Notes under the pieces: generated by a model
Seen by the model: the letters and a program-made list of their open reading frames with translations, nothing else
Database searches by the model: none
Told to the model about the DNA's origin: nothing
Made by a program: the position numbers and the translations under genes
DNA from: a virus
Lineage: Duplodnaviria > Caudoviricetes
Reading direction: 5' to 3' (one strand)
Length of the DNA stretch: 64,000 nucleotides
IMG/VR virus record: IMGVR_UViG_3300001528_000580
Coordinates: 160,001 to 224,000 of that record
In this document: piece by piece, positions 40,925 through 47,982 of the stretch
Numbering within the stretch: the stretch's first letter is position 1
Layout: each line of letters opens with the position of its first letter

Positions 40925-41064
40925 AGCCAGAAAGTATAAAAAAACGGTTCTGGTAACGGAATTAGCATCTCCGTTCCGTTCATTTAGAATGATGCGAAAA
41001 CATTAGGGAGTAGCACAACATAAATGACAATCTATTTGCACTATGATGCACGTAGAAGATGCCA
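40925..41064 (+). ncRNA. putative structured RNA between tRNAs
   Basis: GC-enriched, no ORF; complementary pairs CCAGAA/TTCTGG, AACGGA/TCCGTT, TCATTTA/TAAATGA, GCATCT/AGATGC. Confidence 0.35.
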
Positions 41065-41074
41065 TTTTTAAAAT

Positions 41075-41156
41075 GCCAGTCGGGCCGGATGGTAAGGCAG
41101 CAGATTTGTAATCTGCCGAGAAATCATAGTGGGTTCGATTCCCACGGCTGGCTCCA
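41075..41156 (+). tRNA. tRNA with UGU (Thr) anticodon and long variable region
   Basis: GCCAGTC/GGCTGGC acceptor, GCAGA-TTTGTAA-TCTGC arm, 12-nt variable region, GTGGG-TTCGATT-CCCAC, CCA. Confidence 0.8.
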
Positions 41157-41232
41157 TTTTTGTTTAGCTTTTAATATTTTTTATATTTTTCTTATACCAG
41201 TAATATTAATTATTATTGGTAGGAGTTCAAAT

Positions 41233-41871
41233 ATGAGAGATAGCAAGAGTTATAGCAAGGCAGGAAAATTAGGATATATAGCTTCATTAGAAAAAAGAAA
41301 AATACAATATCAAAAAAGGATTGATGAGTATAATAAAAATCCTAATAAATGTCATTTTTGTAGTAAAAAATTTGATTAAGAACATAGACATTTAAAGTTT
41401 TGCAATCATTCTTGTTCTGCTTCTTTTAATAACAAAAGTGATAAAAGAATAAAAAGAGAAATATTTTTTTGTTTATTTTGTAATAAAAAGTTAAATGGTA
41501 AACAAAAAAAATTTTGTTCTAATAGATGTCAACAGGATTATGAATGGAAATTAAGAAAAGAAAAAATAGAAAAAATTGGTGAATTTCCTCATTTTTCAAC
41601 TATGAATGAAACTAATTTAAGAATAGTAAAAAAATATTTATTAGAAAAATATGGAAATAAATGTCAAATATGTGGTAATACAGAATGGTTAGAAAATCCA
41701 ATACCATTAGTTTGTGATCATATAGATGGAAATCCAGAAAATCATAGTATAGAAAATTTCAGATTGGTTTGTGGTAATTGTGATATGTTATTGCCAACAT
41801 ATAAATCTCAAAACAAAGGTTTAGGTAGATTTTGGAGAAGAAAAAGATATAGAGAAAATAAAAGCTATTAA
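41233..41871 (+). pseudogene. Zn-finger HNH endonuclease interrupted by one in-frame TAA (41377-41379)
   Basis: AGGAG SD; frame continues after the stop (FCNHSC, FCSNRC) into CQICG...DHIDGN..N....N.RLVC.NC. Confidence 0.75.
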
Positions 41872-41888
41872 TAAACAAAGGTGTTTAT

Positions 41889-42170
41889 ATGAATAATAAC
41901 CCTGCTGAAAACCAACCTGATTTAAGTAAATATTTTAAGGGGATAACATTTAAAAATTGTGTATTTGAAAACTGTACTGTTGATGGTGTTCCATTGGAAG
42001 ATTATAAAAATATTCCAGAAGGTATTTTAATTAAAAAAGATGGTGAAGTTTACCAACCAAATAGAAATCTTACAGTTACAGAAATTTCAGAAAATAAAAA
42101 TCCATTGTTAAAATGGTCAATCTTTGTTGTATTAATTTTGTTAATAATCTTGTTTTTTACTATTATTTAA
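41889..42170 (+). CDS. small protein with C-terminal TM anchor
   Basis: Hydrophobic C-terminus. Confidence 0.6.
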   Translation: MNNNPAENQPDLSKYFKGITFKNCVFENCTVDGVPLEDYKNIPEGILIKKDGEVYQPNRNLTVTEISENKNPLLKWSIFVVLILLIILFFTII

Positions 42171-42187
42171 TAAGGGTTATTATCACA

Positions 42188-42520
42188 ATGAAACTAACTA
42201 TTACAATTGAAAAACTAGAAAATGATGGATTTTTTTGTTTTATATTGCAAAATAAAAAAGTACTTTTAAAATCAAAAAATGTGTGCTTTGTTATTGATGA
42301 TTTTGCTATTCAATCCGACTTATTTCAAAACTTATCTGTTTATAATATTACTTCATGTAGTATAAATATTGGTAGAATAGATCAGCCATTTGGTTTTAAT
42401 TTTTCAAGAATGGATTATCATAATCATTGCGTCTATGAAAATTATGTTGAATTATTAGCTTCATTAATGAAAAAACGTTATTTTTGTTGTGCAGAGGGGA
42501 AAAATAAAATATGTATTTAG
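42188..42520 (+). CDS. hypothetical protein
   Basis: Start moved to MKLTIT. Confidence 0.55.
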   Translation: MKLTITIEKLENDGFFCFILQNKKVLLKSKNVCFVIDDFAIQSDLFQNLSVYNITSCSINIGRIDQPFGFNFSRMDYHNHCVYENYVELLASLMKKRYFCCAEGKNKICI

Positions 42521-43221
42521 AATTTAAACATGTTGATGAAATACGTTGCGATTATGATATTATTGAAACTCTTATTAATAATATTGATGATAATTACTAT
42601 GAATCGATTATAATTTCTCCTGATACAGCCATGTTTGATAAATATATAGAGATTTATGATGGAGTAAAAGTATCTTTGTTAAGAGTAAGTCGTCTTAATT
42701 TTAATTCAAGAACGTATGTTATAAGAAATTCATATGAAAAAGTTCATATTATTAATTTATACAATTATAGATCATTTGATTCTAAAAAATTTATAAATGA
42801 TTATATAACAAAATCAACATATGCAGGATTTTATTTTGATGATTTTACTCAAACCAGCGTAAAGGAAAATATTTTATGTCTTCCAGAAATCATATTAGAA
42901 AAATCCTATTTTTATGGTTATTATGACGATTATAATCCTATTTTAAATAGAAATTTTAATATAGACGATTTATTAATATTACTTAGTCGAACGGATAAAT
43001 TAGTCAATAGTTCTGATTATATTAAATACACAGATGATATTTTAGGTATGATTTATTGCTTACATAATACATTAAAAAGTGATAATAATAAAAAAAGATT
43101 TGATAGAAATATTAAACAAATGTCACATTTAATTTATAAGATTGGATTAGAAAATGAACCACATTTTATTCAAGATTTAATGAACATATATAATGATAAG
43201 AGAAGGATTGCATATTTATGA
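42511..43221 (+). CDS. hypothetical protein
   Basis: 236-aa ORF in operon. Confidence 0.65.
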   Translation: MYLEFKHVDEIRCDYDIIETLINNIDDNYYESIIISPDTAMFDKYIEIYDGVKVSLLRVSRLNFNSRTYVIRNSYEKVHIINLYNYRSFDSKKFINDYITKSTYAGFYFDDFTQTSVKENILCLPEIILEKSYFYGYYDDYNPILNRNFNIDDLLILLSRTDKLVNSSDYIKYTDDILGMIYCLHNTLKSDNNKKRFDRNIKQMSHLIYKIGLENEPHFIQDLMNIYNDKRRIAYL

Positions 43222-43883
43222 TAGAAATCTGCAATGATATACCTTATGTGTTAGGAACTGTCAGAAGAATTATCAATAACTATGATGATAATTCTAGAAT
43301 TCATATTTTTAGCAATTATTATATTATACAGAAAATTCATTCTTATTTAAGTGAACTTAGAATTCCACATTCTATTTTTGCAAATGATAAAAAAACATTT
43401 TTATATAGATTCTATGATATAGGTACTAATAAAATATTTAACTTATTTTTTCATTGTAACGATCATCAAATTCCAATTCAAGAAATAAAAAATAATGAAC
43501 CAATATTAATAGTAAATCATTATCAATATTTAACAGAATATGTTATAAGAAATAAATGTATAAAAGATAATAAAAATATATTTTTATTACCAATAATAAC
43601 GGAAACAGCACCAGATATTTACTATTTGATACTATTACTTTGTATATCTTATGAAAAATATGGTGATTATAGATATTCACATATAATTAATGATGTAAAT
43701 TCTTTTATATATTGGAACAATATATATATTAACAACAAAGATGATAATGGCAATAATTTATTATTAAAAGATAAATCAAAAATATTAAAGAAAATAATGT
43801 ATTTTTTTAAGAAATATGATATTCTTTCTTATGAAAAAATGAAAACTATAATTAATACTGCTAGATTATTTAATGACAAATAA
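43218..43883 (+). CDS. hypothetical protein
   Basis: 221-aa ORF in operon. Confidence 0.65.
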   Translation: MIEICNDIPYVLGTVRRIINNYDDNSRIHIFSNYYIIQKIHSYLSELRIPHSIFANDKKTFLYRFYDIGTNKIFNLFFHCNDHQIPIQEIKNNEPILIVNHYQYLTEYVIRNKCIKDNKNIFLLPIITETAPDIYYLILLLCISYEKYGDYRYSHIINDVNSFIYWNNIYINNKDDNGNNLLLKDKSKILKKIMYFFKKYDILSYEKMKTIINTARLFNDK

Positions 43884-43918
43884 TCTTATATTTTTTTTAT
43901 ATTTTTCTCTTTATTGAC

Positions 43919-44026
43919 TTGACAAAATAAAAAAATGTGTTATATTAAGTCTTAGAAAGAAAAAAATTATTTTAAATATTTTTTATTAAAAATAATTTGA
44001 CTTTTTAATAATCAATGCTATATTAT
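43919..44026 (+). promoter_or_regulatory. tandem sigma70-like promoters of RNA cluster 2
   Basis: TTGACA(43919)..TATATT(43941) and TTGACT(43997)..TGC-TATATT(44019). Confidence 0.7.
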
Positions 44027-44073
44027 AGTATTGAAACAAGGAAAGAAAAAATCCTTGATGTTGTTTGAAAAAA

Positions 44074-44191
44074 ACGATGTGCTATAAAAAGTTTCAACGT
44101 AGTTGATTATAAGTTCGATTCTTATTATTCCACCAAAAATTAGGAATATTGTTGGCGATTGGTAAGCCAAACTTTTTATGTTATTCATCGT
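44074..44191 (+). ncRNA. scaffolded tRNA-mimic RNA 1 (permuted T-acceptor-D, Y-RNA/YrlA-like layout)
   Basis: ACGATG/CATCGT and ATAAAAAGTTT/AAACTTTTTAT closing stems; ATAAG-TTCGATT-CTTAT; TATTCC-ACCA..GGAATA; TTGGC-GATTGGTAA-GCCAA. Confidence 0.75.
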
Positions 44192-44205
44192 ATTTTATAT
44201 TTTTT

Positions 44206-44333
44206 ATGAGGTGGTTTGAAAAAGTTTCAACGTAAATCAATGGTTAGATTAATTTGCTGATAACAAATATGCTGTTGGTTCGATTCCAACCGTTTTTAGA
44301 TCGTAAGATCAGGCTTTTTCTAGTATTCCTCAT
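44206..44333 (+). ncRNA. scaffolded tRNA-mimic RNA 2 (Ile-GAU cloverleaf, 4-bp acceptor, no CCA)
   Basis: ATGAGG/CCTCAT and GAAAAAGTTT/AGGCTTTTTC stems; D arm AATC/GATT; ATTTG-CTGATAA-CAAAT; GTTGG-TTCGATT-CCAAC. Confidence 0.75.
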
Positions 44334-44346
44334 TTTATAAGTTTTT

Positions 44347-44453
44347 TTGAGGTGTTTGGTAAACTTTCAACGTATATTGGCTATACATTTGTCTGCAAAA
44401 CAAACTAAGTGGTTCGAGTCCACATTTAAAGGAGTTTTCCGCTTATTCCTCAA
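44347..44453 (+). ncRNA. scaffolded tRNA-mimic RNA 3 (Cys-GCA D/anticodon/T arms, no acceptor)
   Basis: TTGAGG/CCTCAA and GGTAAACTTT/GGAGTTTTCC stems; GTAT/ATAC; TTTGT-CTGCAAA-ACAAA; GTGG-TTCGAGT-CCAC. Confidence 0.75.
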
Positions 44454-44466
44454 TCTTATACAAGAT

Positions 44467-44540
44467 AACCCCGTGGTGTAATGGCAGCACAAGTGGTTTT
44501 GGTCCACTTAGTCTAGGTTCGAGTCCTGGCGGGGTTGCCA
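44467..44540 (+). tRNA. tRNA-Gln(UUG)
   Basis: AACCCCG/CGGGGTT, AGTGG-TTTTGGT-CCACT, TTCGAGT, G-CCA. Confidence 0.92.
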
Positions 44541-44548
44541 CAGATTAT

Positions 44549-44579
44549 AGCAGTATCATTAAAATGATACTGCTTTTTT
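44549..44579 (+). terminator. intrinsic terminator
   Basis: AGCAGTATCATT-AA-AATGATACTGCT plus T run. Confidence 0.85.
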
Positions 44580-44656
44580 ATTTAACAATATTAATTTGAT
44601 TTTTTATTTTTTTTATGTTATATTATTTAACAATAAAATTAAATGGAGTTTATAAC

Positions 44657-45010
44657 ATGAATGAAGAAAATAAAAAAGAAGTTATTATTAATATAGCATT
44701 GTTAATTTCATTAATATTATTATGTATTATGATATTTTTTAATAATTATAAAAATCATCATAATATTAGATATATGTCTGTTAAAGATTCACCATTTACT
44801 TATGATATGATTGGAGAATGGAATAACAATGATGGGAAAGATGTAAAATTATATCATGTGCAGATAAATGGTTGTGATTATGGAATGATTACAAGAATTA
44901 ATTCAGATAACATTTCATTTTTTCATGATTTTAAGTGTAAAATATGTAAAGGAAAATTTATTCCACACTGTTTTTCTACTAATGACAAAATTTCTGAAAA
45001 TTTTGAATAA
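44657..45010 (+). CDS. membrane-anchored hypothetical protein
   Basis: GGAG SD before MNEEN; TM segment; H..C..C. Confidence 0.6.
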   Translation: MNEENKKEVIINIALLISLILLCIMIFFNNYKNHHNIRYMSVKDSPFTYDMIGEWNNNDGKDVKLYHVQINGCDYGMITRINSDNISFFHDFKCKICKGKFIPHCFSTNDKISENFE

Positions 45011-45086
45011 TTTTATATTTATACTTGATTTTTCATATTTTTAGTATATATTATTGTTATAAAAATATATAATAAGGATTATATTT

Positions 45087-45869
45087 ATGGATAAAATTAA
45101 AAAATGTATTTCTAATGCTATTCTTCAATATCCTACTCTTTATTTAAAAGATACATATGAATTAAGTGAGCTTTTTGTTCTTGATCAATTATATTTAACA
45201 ATTGGTGGTGGTTATGAGTGGAATACAGAAGGATATTTAAATTCATGTGAAGATGACAATCAATTCAGTGAAATTCCTGATGTATTTTTTAAACATAAAA
45301 TGTACTATATTAATATGAATGATGATTTGTATCATGATGACGAACATATTATCTTATATAAAGTTTTAAAAGATAAAAGAGAATTTAAAAATTTATTAAA
45401 AAAACATTTTGTTTTTAGTAATGGTAATGAATTAATATTTTATGAACCTGAATTAATAGAATATATTAAAAATGTAGAAGAAAAATTTAGAAAAAATGCA
45501 AAAAAATTTGGAATTAATGTTGTTAATGGGTTAAGTTGTTTCAACCATAAATATAATAACTTTAAATATGATCCAAATATTTTTACTCCTAGTAAACTTA
45601 GTAAGTATAGTGCTATTTCCGAGTTTTTCTATGAGAAATCAGCAGAAAATAATGAACCAATATATATTCATCCTGATAACTTTTTGTATATTAAAAAAAT
45701 TACGGAATATGTAATAAATTTTTATAGTGATGTTAATCTTTATAAATATGATTCTTATTATCAAGAATATTTTAAAAATAATGATTTGGATGGATTTGAA
45801 AAATTTAGAAAAAAAGAAATTGAATTTTTCAAAAATGTGTTAGTTAAAGTTAACAATTTGATCAATTGA
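45087..45869 (+). CDS. hypothetical protein
   Basis: 260 aa, AAGGA SD. Confidence 0.7.
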   Translation: MDKIKKCISNAILQYPTLYLKDTYELSELFVLDQLYLTIGGGYEWNTEGYLNSCEDDNQFSEIPDVFFKHKMYYINMNDDLYHDDEHIILYKVLKDKREFKNLLKKHFVFSNGNELIFYEPELIEYIKNVEEKFRKNAKKFGINVVNGLSCFNHKYNNFKYDPNIFTPSKLSKYSAISEFFYEKSAENNEPIYIHPDNFLYIKKITEYVINFYSDVNLYKYDSYYQEYFKNNDLDGFEKFRKKEIEFFKNVLVKVNNLIN

Positions 45870-45912
45870 TGTATTTTTCTATTTTTTTTATATAAAAAGG
45901 ATATGATATATC

Positions 45913-46221
45913 ATGAGTCCATATGTTTTAGTTATTTTAAATATTATTGATAAGTCACTTGATTTAACAGGTGATTTAATAGATATTGACAATAAATACA
46001 ATAGAAGAATTATTAAGTATAAAGATAGAGAATCAAAATATTTATCAAGATTAAATGCTAGTAAAATTTTATTAAAATCTGCGATTGCTGATTCTGATAA
46101 ACAAAAAATTGCCAAATTTCAAAAAGAGTGTGAATATTATAATGAAATATATTTATACTATAAAGATAAGGTAAAAGAGTATGAAGAACTATATAAAAAT
46201 AATAGTAATAGCAGTAATTAG
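45913..46221 (+). CDS. helical hypothetical protein
   Basis: 102 aa; overlaps the downstream lipoprotein gene. Confidence 0.55.
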   Translation: MSPYVLVILNIIDKSLDLTGDLIDIDNKYNRRIIKYKDRESKYLSRLNASKILLKSAIADSDKQKIAKFQKECEYYNEIYLYYKDKVKEYEELYKNNSNSSN

Positions 46222-46450
46222 TATATTAGTATTTACTGGTTGCACTTCACCAGATATAATTGTAAAGGATACATTATCTCCTGTTTTAATAACTAAGAGT
46301 GGAACTTTTGTAACTGAAACAGAATATTATTCTCTTATTGATGGTGAAGCAGTTAAACAACGTTTAAAATCTAAAGTTGGTGATTATTATTTGCCTGAAA
46401 ATTTAATAACCATTAAAGATGGTAATGTTGTTTTATTTAAAGAAAAATAA
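46181..46450 (+). CDS. lipoprotein
   Basis: Signal peptide with lipobox FTG-C. Confidence 0.7.
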   Translation: MKNYIKIIVIAVISILVFTGCTSPDIIVKDTLSPVLITKSGTFVTETEYYSLIDGEAVKQRLKSKVGDYYLPENLITIKDGNVVLFKEK

Positions 46451-46532
46451 TTCATTTTTTTATATTATAACTCCTTGAAAATTTGATTTTTTGTGTTATA
46501 TTACTTATAAATAAAATTATAAGGATAAAAAT

Positions 46533-47081
46533 ATGGATTTAACCGAAAAATCAAAAAAATTAGCTTATATACTAAGACATAAACCAGAATCAGCTAATTT
46601 AAAACTTAAAAAAGATGGATATGTAAGCGTATCTGAACTTGTTTCAAATACAGATATTACTTTTGAAGAATTAGAATCGATTGTTTCTAATGATAAAAAA
46701 GGACGTTATAAATTTAATGATGATAAAACACTTGTAAGAGCAAATCAAGGACATAGCATTAGTGTTGATATTTCATTTAGAGAATTACCACCACCAATAC
46801 CATTATTTCATGGAACAAGTGAACATTTATTTAAATTGATTAAACAAAGTGGTAAAATTAAAAAAATGAGCAGAAATTATGTTCATTTATCTAAAGATGT
46901 TGAAACAGCAAAGAATGTAGGATCAAGGCATAAGTCAAACAGAAATGAAAAATTGATTATCATTACTATAGATACAAAGAAAATGTATAGTGATGGTATT
47001 AAATTTTTTGTATCTGATAATGGAGTTTGGTTAACAGATGATATTAATTCAAAATATTTTTTAGATATATTGGAATTTTAA
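46533..47081 (+). CDS. kptA: RNA 2'-phosphotransferase (Tpt1/KptA)
   Basis: LRH.P, D.K.RY, RANQGHS, LFHGT, R.YVHLS, N.VWL. Confidence 0.95.
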   Translation: MDLTEKSKKLAYILRHKPESANLKLKKDGYVSVSELVSNTDITFEELESIVSNDKKGRYKFNDDKTLVRANQGHSISVDISFRELPPPIPLFHGTSEHLFKLIKQSGKIKKMSRNYVHLSKDVETAKNVGSRHKSNRNEKLIIITIDTKKMYSDGIKFFVSDNGVWLTDDINSKYFLDILEF

Positions 47082-47083
47082 TT

Positions 47084-47575
47084 ATGGAATTATGTTATGT
47101 AAATTATAATGATATGGAATTGTGTATAAAATATATAAAAGAAGATAATATTTTTACATTATCTAAATTACAGAATGTTTCATTTAAATCTATTAAAAAT
47201 ATTCAATTTATTATGGACAGTAACGTTAGTAGATTGTTGATTACTGATGATTTAGATAAAAATTTTTTGTTTACTCCAAGAATATATGGGGAAACATTAA
47301 TAGCTAAAATTTTATCTAATATGAATGAAAAAGAAAAAGGTAAATTACCTTTTATTCATAAACCATCTTCAACAGATGACATGTTATTCTTTATTAACAT
47401 AGCTTTAAGTGTTTCACATAGAAAAGATGATATTCAATTTGATAATGATAAGTTTATTTTTGAAGTATACAATAAGGCTATTGTAGAAATTAATGAAAAA
47501 TTGTTTAAAATTTTTTCATTGTTAAAAGAAAAAGTAAAAGATCATAATGTAGGAATTTCAAATATTTTAAAATAA
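47084..47575 (+). CDS. hypothetical protein
   Basis: ORF in operon. Confidence 0.6.
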   Translation: MELCYVNYNDMELCIKYIKEDNIFTLSKLQNVSFKSIKNIQFIMDSNVSRLLITDDLDKNFLFTPRIYGETLIAKILSNMNEKEKGKLPFIHKPSSTDDMLFFINIALSVSHRKDDIQFDNDKFIFEVYNKAIVEINEKLFKIFSLLKEKVKDHNVGISNILK

Positions 47576-47586
47576 CGGAGTCTAAA

Positions 47587-47982
47587 ATGACAGTTCCATT
47601 AGTTTGTATAATTTGTGTTTTGATTTTTACTGTATTTGTAATATATACAGTATTAGAGCTTAATGAATATAAGATTAAATATGAAAAATTAAAAGAAAAT
47701 TACCATAAAGATTATAATAACAATATTCAAAGCCTTGTTATCAATAGTCAATTGTTGTATATATCTTTGCTAGCATTATGTGCTAAAGATGGAGATAATG
47801 TTCTTTTAAAAAGAGTAGAAGAACTTATTTTAAAAAGTGGAGTGACAGAAGATATATATAAAGATCCAAATAAATATGCTGATTTTATAAAGAAATTGCA
47901 AGAAAATAAAATAATTGCAAAATATGATGTTGAAAATCAAATGTATATTTTTGAAGAAAATACAGGGGAGAATGATATATGA
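47587..47982 (+). CDS. membrane-anchored hypothetical protein
   Basis: N-terminal TM segment; GGAG SD. Confidence 0.65.
   Translation: MTVPLVCIICVLIFTVFVIYTVLELNEYKIKYEKLKENYHKDYNNNIQSLVINSQLLYISLLALCAKDGDNVLLKRVEELILKSGVTEDIYKDPNKYADFIKKLQENKIIAKYDVENQMYIFEENTGENDI

Noticed and set aside
41059-41232. N-terminal part of track ORF 41059-41379
   Set aside because: Overlaps the tRNA at 41075-41156; the SD-supported start is 41233
41377-41379. Stop-codon reassignment
   Set aside because: A single in-frame TAA; TAA is the dominant stop elsewhere, conserved enzymes are intact in code 11 and no suppressor tRNA is present
44228-44294. Ordinary tRNA-Ile(GAU) gene (and likewise tRNA-Cys at ~44372-44423)
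   Set aside because: No 7-bp acceptor stem or CCA, whereas all four true tRNAs here encode CCA
44074-44453. CRISPR array (repeated TTTCAACGTA with variable inserts)
   Set aside because: The shared word is only 10 nt, periods are 130-140 nt, inserts are structured tRNA parts and no cas genes are visible
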